Shown piece by piece: positions 9,239 to 18,715 of a DNA stretch of 64,000 nucleotides. The DNA is taken from assembly GCA_015259035.1 (NCBI GenBank), contig JABZHC010000002.1, positions 6,833 through 70,832 on the forward strand, in the 5' to 3' direction. Position 1 is the stretch's first letter. Each line of letters opens with the position of its first letter. A program made the position numbers and the translations under genes. Origin of the DNA: Atopobium sp. (lineage in GTDB: Bacteria > Actinomycetota > Coriobacteriia > Coriobacteriales > Atopobiaceae). The notes beneath the pieces are model-generated. The model saw only the letters and a list, made by a program, of their open reading frames with translations, ran no database searches and was not told the origin of the DNA.

Positions 9239-10590
9239 TGCTTGTCTTTGAACGCGTTGCTAAGCAAATTGAGGCGCAAGAAGAAAATGACTCACAACTT
9301 CAAAAAGAACAGTTTCAGAAGGCTAGAAAGAAGTTAAAAGAAAAACTTGTTTCTCGATTAGGGCTTTCTACGGTCTCGTCTCTCATTACAGGCAGTGATA
9401 TTGATCGAGTAAGAGATGAACTAAGAGTTACCTGTGAAGCAATTGTTAATGAAGAGAAGGATGAGCTTTTTAGTTCAGTTAACTACGAGGAAATAATCGA
9501 GCAAGTAATTAATGAGGTGTGTGGTCTTGGTCCAATTCAGCCACTACTGAATGATAAAGATGTTACTGAAATCATGATTAACGGCTGCAACAATCTGTTT
9601 TACGAGAAAAACGGCGAGCTATTTGAATCAAAAACAGTCTTTGATTCAGAAGAGCAGATTTTGATTGTTATGGATCGCATTTTGTCTCCATTAGGAAGAA
9701 GACTGGATAGAGTAAGTCCTATTGTTGATGCTCGTCTTGAGAATGGGGACCGTGTCAATGCAGTTGCAAGCCCTGTTGCGGTGAATGGCACTTCAGTAAC
9801 TATTCGAAGATTTACCGGAAAAATTACTTCTTTGGACCGACTAGTGGAAATGAAATCACTGCCTCAATGGCTTGCAAGATTTTTGTCTTGGGCTGTGAAA
9901 TGCAGACAGGGAATCGCTGTTGTTGGAGGAACGGGATCAGGCAAGACAACGCTTTTAAATGCGCTTTCATGTGAAATTTCAAAGTCAGAAAGAATTGTCA
10001 CTATTGAGGACTCAGCGGAGCTTAAGTTTGATTCACATCCAAACGTTGTCAGACTAGAGGCTCGTCCTGCTTCGATAGAAGGAACAGGAGAAATAACCAT
10101 TAGATCATTGGTGAGAAATGCGCTTCGAATGAGACCAGACCGCATTGTAGTCGGCGAGGTAAGAGGTGAAGAGTGCATTGATATGTTGCAGGCTATGAAT
10201 ACAGGTCACGATGGTTCACTGACCACGCTGCATGCTGGAACTGCTCAAGAGGCAATATTACGCCTGGTGTTAATGGCTCGTTTTGGCATGGACTTACCTG
10301 CAGAAATTATAGAACAGCAGATAGCAACTGCACTTGATTTGATAGTTATGTCTCAAAGATTTCCCGATGGAAAGCGATATGTAACCAGCGTTTCAGAAAT
10401 TTCTTTGTCTTCGTCAGGATCAATCGAAGTACAAGAGGTGGTGTCATTTGACGTGCAGAAAAGAAGTTGGCTTTTTGTAAAAATCCCTTCTTTTATCAAT
10501 CACGCCATAAAAGATGGATTACTCAATAAAAAGGAGGTTACTTCATGGATGTCATTACTTCCACAATCACAGGAGGTGCTTTTGGAGTAA
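9238..10590 (+). CDS. tadA: Tad pilus assembly ATPase CpaF/TadA
   Basis: GLGPIQPLL, EIMING, GGTGSGKTT, TIEDSAEL, LRMRPDRIVVGEVRG, MNTGHDGS. Confidence 0.95.
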   Translation: MLVFERVAKQIEAQEENDSQLQKEQFQKARKKLKEKLVSRLGLSTVSSLITGSDIDRVRDELRVTCEAIVNEEKDELFSSVNYEEIIEQVINEVCGLGPIQPLLNDKDVTEIMINGCNNLFYEKNGELFESKTVFDSEEQILIVMDRILSPLGRRLDRVSPIVDARLENGDRVNAVASPVAVNGTSVTIRRFTGKITSLDRLVEMKSLPQWLARFLSWAVKCRQGIAVVGGTGSGKTTLLNALSCEISKSERIVTIEDSAELKFDSHPNVVRLEARPASIEGTGEITIRSLVRNALRMRPDRIVVGEVRGEECIDMLQAMNTGHDGSLTTLHAGTAQEAILRLVLMARFGMDLPAEIIEQQIATALDLIVMSQRFPDGKRYVTSVSEISLSSSGSIEVQEVVSFDVQKRSWLFVKIPSFINHAIKDGLLNKKEVTSWMSLLPQSQEVLLE

Positions 10591-11480
10591 TTATTTATTT
10601 TTTTATATGTAACGGTGAAGAAAAAACTGTCTCTCAAATAAGTATACGAATAACAGGTTATGTGGGCTATCTCTTTCATTTTGCGCGCAATAGTATTTTT
10701 GTCCAGAGCCTGCTCAAATGGGAGCCTTTTTCTTATGTATCAATACAGCTACGTAATCGCTTTCTTTACAAATATGGAATCACCTTAGTCAGTGATGCCT
10801 TTGTACTGTTTTTTATTAGTGATATAGCTGCATCAATTCTGTTTGGCATTTTATTTGAGTCTGTAATTGGTCTGTTTTGCGGTCTTCTCTTGTTATTTCT
10901 AGGTCCTTATTTTCTCTATGAACACGCTAAGCATCAGACTGCTTTAGAAATTGCCCATATGATGCCTTCAATTTTTAGAACTATTGCTGTTGCTCTTGGG
11001 TCAGGTCTCACACTTTCACAATCTATTGAATATGTCAGTAAACATACAGAAGGTGTTGTATCAGAAAATTTTTGTATTGCAGACATGCAGATTAAGTGCG
11101 GTTTTCCTATTGAAGAAGCTATTGAAGACTTGGCAGAGAGACTGGATGCTCCGGGTGTTAATTTGCTGGCTAGCGCTTTGGTAATTTCACACAGAACGGG
11201 CTCTCCGCTTAAGAGTCTGTTACAAAAAACTGCCGAGTTAGTTGAATTACAAGAGAAGAATCAAAGACTTATAGCAACAAAGACTGCTCAAGTTAGATTA
11301 TCTGCTCGAATTGTATGTCTTCTCCCCGTTGTTCTGTTGATTGTTTTGTCGCTTTTATCACCAGACTTTCAAAAGGGTTTATTTACGCCATCGGGCGTTA
11401 TATGCACAGTGATTGCAATGGTCATGGACTGTATTGCTCTTTTGATTATTCGAAGCATTATGAAAGGAGTAATGAAGTGA
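10545..11480 (+). CDS. tadB: TadB (type II secretion system F family) membrane platform protein
   Basis: T2SSF-like domain (LGSGLTLSQS, RTGSPL, KTAQVRLSA) with flanking TMs. Follows tadA. Confidence 0.85.
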   Translation: MDVITSTITGGAFGVIIYFFICNGEEKTVSQISIRITGYVGYLFHFARNSIFVQSLLKWEPFSYVSIQLRNRFLYKYGITLVSDAFVLFFISDIAASILFGILFESVIGLFCGLLLLFLGPYFLYEHAKHQTALEIAHMMPSIFRTIAVALGSGLTLSQSIEYVSKHTEGVVSENFCIADMQIKCGFPIEEAIEDLAERLDAPGVNLLASALVISHRTGSPLKSLLQKTAELVELQEKNQRLIATKTAQVRLSARIVCLLPVVLLIVLSLLSPDFQKGLFTPSGVICTVIAMVMDCIALLIIRSIMKGVMK

Positions 11481-12091
11481 TAGATCTAACTTGCTCTTTA
11501 GCGTTTGCGTTATGCATAGCCATTCTCGTCTTAGTTATGCCCGTAAATTTGAATCAATTTGATTTTCATCGTTATTACCAGCAAATTATGAGAGGTGTAA
11601 AAGGTCTCAGGAGAGTGAGTCGTCGAGCAAAGTTAGAGTTTACAAGAAAATCATGTCTACGCGAGATGCCAGAAATGATTGATATTTTGATTCTTGGACT
11701 GTCGTCAGGGCTATCTTTTGATTCGGCACTAGATTTGTATTGTTTACGAGAATCAGGCGAGCTATCAAAAGAGCTTTCAAATGCTCATATGACTTGGAAG
11801 CTTGGTGCTACTACTCGTGAAGAAGCTCTCAATCAGATGGCTGCCAGAGTGGGAGTTCCTTCACTTAAAAGCTTTGCGACTGTTGTAAATGAGGCGCTTA
11901 CTTTTGGAACTCCTCTTGCAGAAATATTAGATAGACAGGCTTCAGTTCTTCGAGATGAACAACGTTCTTTACTGGAAACGGAAATCGAAAAAATTCCAAT
12001 TAAAATGCTCATCCCTCTGGGAACGTTAATTGTTCCAGCAATGTTACTTGCAATTTTAGGTCCTTTGCTTGGGCCTGCATTTTCTTCTTAG
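11477..12091 (+). CDS. tadC: TadC (type II secretion system F family) membrane platform protein
   Basis: EMPEMIDIL..GLSSGLSFDSAL, FGTPLAEIL, KIPIKMLIPL. GTG start overlaps the tadB stop, with AAGGAG RBS. Confidence 0.85.
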   Translation: MIDLTCSLAFALCIAILVLVMPVNLNQFDFHRYYQQIMRGVKGLRRVSRRAKLEFTRKSCLREMPEMIDILILGLSSGLSFDSALDLYCLRESGELSKELSNAHMTWKLGATTREEALNQMAARVGVPSLKSFATVVNEALTFGTPLAEILDRQASVLRDEQRSLLETEIEKIPIKMLIPLGTLIVPAMLLAILGPLLGPAFSS

Positions 12092-12103
12092 GAGAAAGGA
12101 AAG

Positions 12104-12295
12104 ATGATGATGTATTTGTATCAATTTTTTAGGTATTTTCGTGACTTAAAAGAAGATGAATCAGGACAAGGAACTACAGAGTATGCAATTTTGGTCGGTG
12201 TACTTGTAGTTATTGCAATTGTCGCAATCATTGCTTTTAAGGGTAAAGTTTCTGAACTTTGGGAAGCAATTACTTCTGGAATTAATTCTCTATGA
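12104..12295 (+). CDS. flp: Flp/Fap major pilin
   Basis: DESG|QGTTEY prepilin cleavage site with the Flp E+5/Y+6 motif and a hydrophobic helix; 63 aa. Confidence 0.9.
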   Translation: MMMYLYQFFRYFRDLKEDESGQGTTEYAILVGVLVVIAIVAIIAFKGKVSELWEAITSGINSL

Positions 12296-12756
12296 GTAAG
12301 AAAAGCACTGCCGCTTATTCTGTGTTTATTATTGCCACTGTATGTTTGCTAGTTTCTGCGTTTCTTTTCTTACCAAGAAAACAGACTGATTCATCAAATA
12401 CAAGCTCAGATTACGCGCAAACTCAGAAATTTAGGGTAGAAAAAAGATCTGATGAACAGCCAATCTCATATGAAGCTGCAAAAGATTTATTTGAGCAGAA
12501 TTCCGTACAAAGAGATAGTAAAGAAACCATTCAAGACGAAGCACAAAGTGTTTTAGAGAGCTATCAACAAAGAGCTGATTGTGTACTTGTTTATTCCGGA
12601 TATATAGATCTAGCTGGCAATGTATGGAGCTGTTTGGTTAATGGTGGAAATTGGTCGGAGCTTGTGACTATTTCTGATCAGGGAGAGATAAGGAGGGTCT
12701 CAACATGTCATATCTCTACTCAAGATGTAAAGAATCTATTAGAAGAATCAAACTAG
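12292..12756 (+). CDS. Hypothetical membrane-anchored protein in tad operon
   Basis: N-terminal TM; translationally coupled to flp. Confidence 0.65.
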   Translation: MSKKSTAAYSVFIIATVCLLVSAFLFLPRKQTDSSNTSSDYAQTQKFRVEKRSDEQPISYEAAKDLFEQNSVQRDSKETIQDEAQSVLESYQQRADCVLVYSGYIDLAGNVWSCLVNGGNWSELVTISDQGEIRRVSTCHISTQDVKNLLEESN

Positions 12757-12953
12757 GGGTTAAGAATACACAAGGACAAGCAACGCTTGAATATGCCTTG
12801 GTTTTATTTTCGTGCTTGATTGTCATTACGTCTCTTGGTGTGATATATCACTTTGTGCAAAATGGAGCAGTTGTTCAACTGGCTACTCAAGCTGCTTCAC
12901 ATACTATGCATGACTCTCTTTTAGATTTAGCAAAAGATGTTCTCTCGTTTTAA
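12705..12953 (+). CDS. Minor pilin / Flp-like pseudopilin
   Basis: TQG|QATLEY prepilin motif plus hydrophobic helix; AGGAGG upstream. Confidence 0.75.
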   Translation: MSYLYSRCKESIRRIKLGVKNTQGQATLEYALVLFSCLIVITSLGVIYHFVQNGAVVQLATQAASHTMHDSLLDLAKDVLSF

Positions 12954-13413
12954 ACAGAATACTGGTCAAGCGTCAGTAGAAGCGGCGCTGTTATTTCCAG
13001 TTATTCTGATGATTATTGCATTGCTTGTAGAACCTATCTGCATTCTCTATACAAAGACAGTTATGGATGGAGCCTGTGCAGAAGGATTAAGAGTAGCAAC
13101 AACGTCTTCTGATACTGAGTTAATAGAGTCCTATATCAAGCGCAGACTTAAGGCTATACCGGAGATACCTCTATTCCATAAGAGTGGAGATGAGGACTGG
13201 AATATTTCTATTGATAAAAAAGAAAAAGATGTTCTGATTGAAATTACGGGCCATGTGGCAGCAATGCCGCCAATAGGCTGGTGTTTATTCCTTGCAGGGC
13301 AGACGGATGATCAAGGAATTGTTTTGAAATCTAGTTTATCTGCTAGCACGTATCCAGATTGGATTGAGGGTTCTTATGCAGATTGGATTGCCTTTTGGAA
13401 AGGACAAGCATAA
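12937..13413 (+). CDS. tadE: TadE-like pseudopilin
   Basis: NTG|QASVEAALLFPV...ACAEGLRVA TadE pattern. Confidence 0.8.
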   Translation: MFSRFKQNTGQASVEAALLFPVILMIIALLVEPICILYTKTVMDGACAEGLRVATTSSDTELIESYIKRRLKAIPEIPLFHKSGDEDWNISIDKKEKDVLIEITGHVAAMPPIGWCLFLAGQTDDQGIVLKSSLSASTYPDWIEGSYADWIAFWKGQA

Positions 13414-13435
13414 GAAAATAAGGCTTGGACTTTCC

Positions 13436-15433
13436 ATGTTTATAGACGATACAGGCGGTATTACGTCAATCGCTTTTGCAAGCGCTCTTTTGGTATGTCT
13501 AGCTCTTGTATTTGCGTTGGTATCAGTTGCATGGGTCTCATCGAGGGCATACAAAACTCAGTCAATAGCAGATGCTGCTTCCATGGCGGGAGAAAATGTC
13601 GTAGCTAAATACACAACTATTGCGCAGGTAATTGATGCGAGCATCTTAAGTCTTGGATTGTCGGGTTTGTTGTGTGTTGGTGCTGGATTGGTGGCTTCGT
13701 GTGTTCCAGGTTTAGCATCAGCGGGCTCCAAATTGTGTGATACAGGTTTTAAGACACTTGAAGCTCGTAAAAAATTTGCTACTTCAGCTTGTGAAGGTTT
13801 AGAAACAACTGAGAAAATGCTTCCAGTTTTTGCAGCAATGGCAGCGAGCTCTTGTATACAAAAGAACTCTACTGATACTGGAAACTTTATAGGATCAGCA
13901 CTTTTGTTTCCCGCTCAATCGCAATCTAATTTTGGACATTTAAATAGTGATGTTTCAGCAGATGAATTAAAAGAGCAGAGCGAGCTATTACAGGAAATAG
14001 CAAGAAAAATTGAAGAGTTGCAGAGTAAAGCAGAGTCATCTAAAAAGAGGGCGTGGGAGGCAGACTGTGGTGGAGGCCCGTATTCTATGCGCGAGAGAGC
14101 GGAGCATCTTGCTGGCCTTTCTGGGGATATCAATCCATCTATCCCGTCACCAACCTCTTGGACGTTTGGTATTGCTTTAAAGCGAGCCAGAGCATACTAC
14201 AGAGCTCGATATGATCAAGAAACTGTCAATGGAAGCACCGCAGAAGAGTTGCGTGATTCTGCTATACGAAAAGCTTTTTATAACTTTGCACACCAGGAAC
14301 TTTCTAAAGGGTTTTATAAAGAAACAGCTGACGGCGAGGTTGATATGAATTTACCTCGATTGCCACATAACTTAGAGGAGACAAAGAAAACAGACCTGTA
14401 TCTAAAACCTATTTGGCCTTGTACTTATGAAAACGGCGAGAAAACCATTCATGCCCATAGATCTTGTCCAGGCGCAACTGGAGAAAACGCAGGATTTGCG
14501 TCGTTACAAGATTTAGATTCTGGAGCGGTTCGTGAGTGTCAACATTGTCATTTTACAAGTGATGATGTGGGAAGGGTGGCATCTGCCTCAACAAATATTG
14601 ATAACGGGTTTGAGTATTACTGGAAGATCGTAGTTGAAGAGTCCGAAGTTTATGAATCATCGCGAAAACAAATAAAAGATTTGCAAAAGGAGTTGTCTGA
14701 AGCTGCAGATAAATCAACAGGTTTATTTCAAAAAGCACTTGATGCTCTGAAGGTTGCTAGACCCAGATTATGTCCACCAGGTGCTTGGGGTTGTATTTCA
14801 TTTGTGAGAAGAGGCGGCTCATCTCCAGAATTCCAAGGAAGTTTGGGAACGCTTGAGCAGTCGGTTTTTCTTCCAGAAGGATATGCAATATCTGGTGCAG
14901 TACTTGCCCCAGATGGCTCATCCACAGATAACGTTCTTTCAAGCTTTTTTGACCAGGTTGAAAGGAGGGGAGGGTTTATCGGACAGGCTATAGATAAAGT
15001 AATGAGTTTGTGGGGATCTCTTTTAATCTCATATGGGGATGGCGTAACTTCTTGGTCCTCTAAACTATCAGAATTTCTTGATAACGTTGACGGAATAACA
15101 GGTGGAAGTATCGGCTCAAAATTACAGAGTGCTTTGAAACAAATAGTCGTTGATGCCGGATTAGAGCCAAGCGATTTAAGACAAATGAAGCCTGTTCTTG
15201 TTAATACAGAAAGAATTTTGAAACAAGCTGGCTTCGAGAAAGAATCAACGATTCGTGAGCTAGTCCAGAAAATACCCAATACATCAGACCCGATTGCTTT
15301 AGCTCGTTCACTTGGTGCGTTTTCTCTCCAGTATTTACCTGACAAAATAACAATTGCAAAATTGACTATTCCTGTTCTTGATATTGAGATTCCTTTAGAA
15401 ATTGATGTTAAGAAAGTGTTTGGTGGCACATGA
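13436..15433 (+). CDS. Large TadG-like pilus-associated protein
   Basis: DTG|G-hydrophobic helix and QSIADAASMAG (Tad_N-like), coiled coils, internal H-x4-C...CxxC motif. Start placed at MFIDD (ATG 13436). Confidence 0.7.
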   Translation: MFIDDTGGITSIAFASALLVCLALVFALVSVAWVSSRAYKTQSIADAASMAGENVVAKYTTIAQVIDASILSLGLSGLLCVGAGLVASCVPGLASAGSKLCDTGFKTLEARKKFATSACEGLETTEKMLPVFAAMAASSCIQKNSTDTGNFIGSALLFPAQSQSNFGHLNSDVSADELKEQSELLQEIARKIEELQSKAESSKKRAWEADCGGGPYSMRERAEHLAGLSGDINPSIPSPTSWTFGIALKRARAYYRARYDQETVNGSTAEELRDSAIRKAFYNFAHQELSKGFYKETADGEVDMNLPRLPHNLEETKKTDLYLKPIWPCTYENGEKTIHAHRSCPGATGENAGFASLQDLDSGAVRECQHCHFTSDDVGRVASASTNIDNGFEYYWKIVVEESEVYESSRKQIKDLQKELSEAADKSTGLFQKALDALKVARPRLCPPGAWGCISFVRRGGSSPEFQGSLGTLEQSVFLPEGYAISGAVLAPDGSSTDNVLSSFFDQVERRGGFIGQAIDKVMSLWGSLLISYGDGVTSWSSKLSEFLDNVDGITGGSIGSKLQSALKQIVVDAGLEPSDLRQMKPVLVNTERILKQAGFEKESTIRELVQKIPNTSDPIALARSLGAFSLQYLPDKITIAKLTIPVLDIEIPLEIDVKKVFGGT

Positions 15434-15888
15434 GAACAATGAAATTTCTTTGTTGCCAGAAAGGGCAGATGTTTGTTGAGACTGCATTGGTACTTCCAGT
15501 TGTATTGGTAGTAGCTTTAATTGCAATCAATCTATTTAAGTTTGCAGATATGTGCTCAAAGTTTGACCGTGTTGCGGCTGATCAAATTATTGCTCATGGA
15601 ATTTCTTCTAGTCACTCTGCAAATGAAGATGCTCCAGAAAACCTAGCTCAAAGAATAAAAACTGCTCTTAAATGTGATGACAGTTGCGACATTGTTGTCT
15701 CATTGAAGGGAGAAAGGGAGGGGATTGGGAACATGGTCTCTGTTTTTCCTAAATACCAAGTAACTCTTAAGTACAAGCCTTGGCCACATACCCTGCGTCT
15801 CCCTTTAGTGTCACTAGAGTCTCCTCTATGTCTTACTCATACAACCTCAATTGTTGTTAGTCCCTACAAGTCGGGAGTTGTGATTTGA
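15430..15888 (+). CDS. TadE/TadF-like pseudopilin
   Basis: QKG|QMFVETALVLPV prepilin motif. Confidence 0.75.
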   Translation: MRTMKFLCCQKGQMFVETALVLPVVLVVALIAINLFKFADMCSKFDRVAADQIIAHGISSSHSANEDAPENLAQRIKTALKCDDSCDIVVSLKGEREGIGNMVSVFPKYQVTLKYKPWPHTLRLPLVSLESPLCLTHTTSIVVSPYKSGVVI

Positions 15889-16406
15889 AAATGAACGTAC
15901 AAGTTTCGATAGAAGAAGTCCCTAATTCTGAACAGATTTTTGAATTGTTACAAGGGGGCTTTGAAAAGTTCGTTGGGCTTTTGGGTACCGAGATAACAGC
16001 TCCTCCAGTATTACTTCTGAGGTGCTCTTCAGTTCATACTTTTGGAATGACATATCCGATTGATATTGCATTTGCAGACGATCACGGAGAAATTTTAAAA
16101 ATTCGGAGACGAGTACAGCCTAAACAAATTCATAGCTGCGCGGGTGCCTATTGCACATTTGAAAGACCATCGATTGATGATTTCCCGTGGTTTGAGGTGG
16201 GTCAGAAAGTGCTCATTCAAGAAATAAGTACTGAAGAAAGTAACGTTGAAAGAAGGAGTCGCTATGGTTATAGAAAACTACTCCGTAAAAATTTGCCCCA
16301 GATGCGGAGAAAAGCTGTTTCAGGACATGAGAATTTGTTACGGGTGCCTTCTAGACTTCAGCGGCCCAAGCTCGCTTGTATGCAATCTCGAAACATCAAG
16401 AAATAA
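15885..16406 (+). CDS. DUF192-family protein
   Basis: GLLG...CSSVHTFGMTYPIDIAFAD...E pattern typical of DUF192. Confidence 0.7.
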   Translation: MKMNVQVSIEEVPNSEQIFELLQGGFEKFVGLLGTEITAPPVLLLRCSSVHTFGMTYPIDIAFADDHGEILKIRRRVQPKQIHSCAGAYCTFERPSIDDFPWFEVGQKVLIQEISTEESNVERRSRYGYRKLLRKNLPQMRRKAVSGHENLLRVPSRLQRPKLACMQSRNIKK

Positions 16407-16536
16407 AAGAATTGCTAGCCTTCCTTTTATAGAAACTGATGAGTATTTGCTTTCCGAAGAAGTAGGAGAGGAGTGGGATAAAGGACTGCCACCTGCTTTG
16501 TTTGAATTGGATAACTCATATTCACCAGCAGATTAA
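16264..16536 (+). CDS. Small zinc-ribbon (CxxC...CxxC) protein
   Basis: CPRCGEKLFQDMRICYGC; AAGGAG RBS before ATG 16264. Confidence 0.6.
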   Translation: MVIENYSVKICPRCGEKLFQDMRICYGCLLDFSGPSSLVCNLETSRNKRIASLPFIETDEYLLSEEVGEEWDKGLPPALFELDNSYSPAD

Positions 16537-16591
16537 TTAGTACGTGGTATCCTTTTAGGAAGAGTTGCGAAAGTAACATAAAGGAGTTTTC

Positions 16592-18574
16592 ATGTATAAA
16601 GTTTCGCTTCGCTCTTCTAAAAAGAGCCAGTTTGTAAGGATTGCGCTTTGCGTAATGCTTTTGGCTGTTGCGTTTCTAATTGCACCAGCAAAAGCATTTG
16701 CGCGCGACCTTTCAATAGATACGGTAAATATTGATGCGACGGTTCAAAAAGACGGAACGTTGCATGTCGTAGAAACTCGTACATTCTATTTCAATGGTAG
16801 TTTTCATGGTGTCTATTGGAATCTTCCAGTTGGAAAGAATAAATACAATGGACAGAACGTTGAAGTAAACGTTACTTCAGTTACCGTTCAGGATAGGCAA
16901 GGAACGCGTCAGATTTATAGTAAAGACTCTGGTGGAAATAATTCCAGCTCAGATGAGTATTATGTTCCAACTCTATCAAACAATATGCTGAACCTAAAGA
17001 TTTATTCAGCGCATGATGATGAGTCAGCACATATCACTATTGAGTATGACATTACTAATGTTGTAACAAATTGGTCGGATACTGCGGAATTGTACTGGAA
17101 GTTTGTATCTGATGGTTGGGATTCCGAGTCTCGAAATGTCACTGCTACTATTCATCTTCCTGTTCCTTCAGGACAATCTATAGTTGCTGGCGATACTGTT
17201 CGTGCCTGGGGACATGGTCCACTGGACGCAAATGTAGAAATTACTAACAATGCTGTTGTCTATAAGGTTCCTGGTGTAGGAACTGATGAGTTTGCGGAAG
17301 CTCGCATTACATTCCCAACCGATTGGGTTTCTGGGCTAGCTCCTATTCAGCAGAATAAGCTGAGTAGCATCTTGTCTGAGGAACAAGCGTGGGCGGATGA
17401 AGCAAATCACAAGCGTGATATTGCAAAAACTCAGGTAGCTCTTATTCTTTATGCACCATTAGTACTTGCAGCTATTACCGTTGTAGCAGCAATCTTGCTG
17501 CGTATTAAATACAAAAAGGTTATGACCCCTCAGTTTAATGACCTTTACTACAGAGATGTTCCATCTGATGATCATCCGGCAGTTCTTTCTATGCTTTACA
17601 ACGGTGAGTTAATTAAGGGAGACGCTCTGACAGCAACCCTTATGCACCTTTCTGATTCGAAGTTCATTAGCTTGAATAAGACGGTTAGTACAAACTTCCT
17701 TGGTATGGAGAAGTCTGATTATTGTCTTACAAAGGTTCAAGACCTTTCAGAAAGCCAGCAGCCTTTCTACCCTGGCAGTTCACTGTCAAATAAGATTGAT
17801 ATCATGGCAATGAAGCTAATCTTTGATAAGGTCGGAGAATCTGGAGAGGTAAATACTACTGTTACCATGAAACAAATTGGTAAGTATGCTTCATCACATC
17901 CAGAAGATTTTAATAAGGCATATGAGTCTTGGGAGAGCCCCATCAAGCTTAGCTATGCTGCTAAGTATGGAACAAATAAGATTCCATTCCACGGTAAGGG
18001 AATTCTTGGTGCTCTGATTGCTGTCGATGTTCTTGTTGCCGCTGCTGCATTCATGATGGGTGTTATGGCTGATGTTTCATTTGCCAATCTACTACTACAT
18101 CTGTTTATTCTTGTCATTGCCGGTCTGGTTGCACTTGTAAACATTGGCTCTTTCGATTTGATGAATAGAGAGGGTGTTGAGACGCTTGCTAAGACTCGTG
18201 CGCTAAGAAAGTGGCTTACTGAGTTCACTAACCTGCATGAAGCAATTCCAACCGATGTCATTCTCTGGAATAGGCTTCTGGTTATGGCAGTTGCGCTTGG
18301 TGTTGCGGATAAGGTTATCGAGCAGCTGAAAGTTGCAATGCCAGAGATGCTCAAAGATCCTCAGTTTATGCCTGTTTATAGCTGGTATTACTATGGAAAT
18401 GGCATGCGAACCAATGCGATTGAAAGCGTAACCAAGAGCGTTACAGCTGCTCACTCTGTTTCCACGGCAGCGCTCGCTTCTTCCAACTCAAGTTCTGGTG
18501 GCGGTTTTGGTGGCGGCTTCTCCGGCGGAGGAGGCGGCGGCTTCGGCGGAGGCGGTGGCGGTGGCGGTTTCTAA
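16592..18574 (+). CDS. DUF2207 family membrane protein
   Basis: Signal peptide, DGTLHVVET, ELYWKF, YAVALG-like MAVALGVADKV, Gly-rich SGGGFGGG tail. Confidence 0.88.
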   Translation: MYKVSLRSSKKSQFVRIALCVMLLAVAFLIAPAKAFARDLSIDTVNIDATVQKDGTLHVVETRTFYFNGSFHGVYWNLPVGKNKYNGQNVEVNVTSVTVQDRQGTRQIYSKDSGGNNSSSDEYYVPTLSNNMLNLKIYSAHDDESAHITIEYDITNVVTNWSDTAELYWKFVSDGWDSESRNVTATIHLPVPSGQSIVAGDTVRAWGHGPLDANVEITNNAVVYKVPGVGTDEFAEARITFPTDWVSGLAPIQQNKLSSILSEEQAWADEANHKRDIAKTQVALILYAPLVLAAITVVAAILLRIKYKKVMTPQFNDLYYRDVPSDDHPAVLSMLYNGELIKGDALTATLMHLSDSKFISLNKTVSTNFLGMEKSDYCLTKVQDLSESQQPFYPGSSLSNKIDIMAMKLIFDKVGESGEVNTTVTMKQIGKYASSHPEDFNKAYESWESPIKLSYAAKYGTNKIPFHGKGILGALIAVDVLVAAAAFMMGVMADVSFANLLLHLFILVIAGLVALVNIGSFDLMNREGVETLAKTRALRKWLTEFTNLHEAIPTDVILWNRLLVMAVALGVADKVIEQLKVAMPEMLKDPQFMPVYSWYYYGNGMRTNAIESVTKSVTAAHSVSTAALASSNSSSGGGFGGGFSGGGGGGFGGGGGGGGF

Positions 18575-18623
18575 CGCTATAAACGCTTCAATAAACACTG
18601 CAAGAAGCAACGTTTAAAGGTTT

Positions 18624-18663
18624 TAATTCTCCCCGTGAACTAACCGGGGAGAATTTCTTTTTT
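18624..18663 (+). terminator. Intrinsic terminator after DUF2207 gene
   Basis: AATTCTCCCCG...CGGGGAGAATT stem followed by T-rich tract. Confidence 0.75.
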
Positions 18664-18667
18664 AAGA

Positions 18668-18690
18668 AAATATGCGATTTTGGCATATTT
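18668..18690. promoter_or_regulatory. Palindromic operator candidate upstream of XRE gene
   Basis: AAATATGC-N7-GCATATTT perfect inverted repeat 25 bp before the ATG. Confidence 0.5.
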
Positions 18691-18715
18691 GAGTTGATAG
18701 TTTTACGCTGCACTT

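Noticed and set aside
18495..18574. GGC-rich repeat at the end of the DUF2207 gene
   Set aside because: Normal Gly-rich C-terminal tail of this family.
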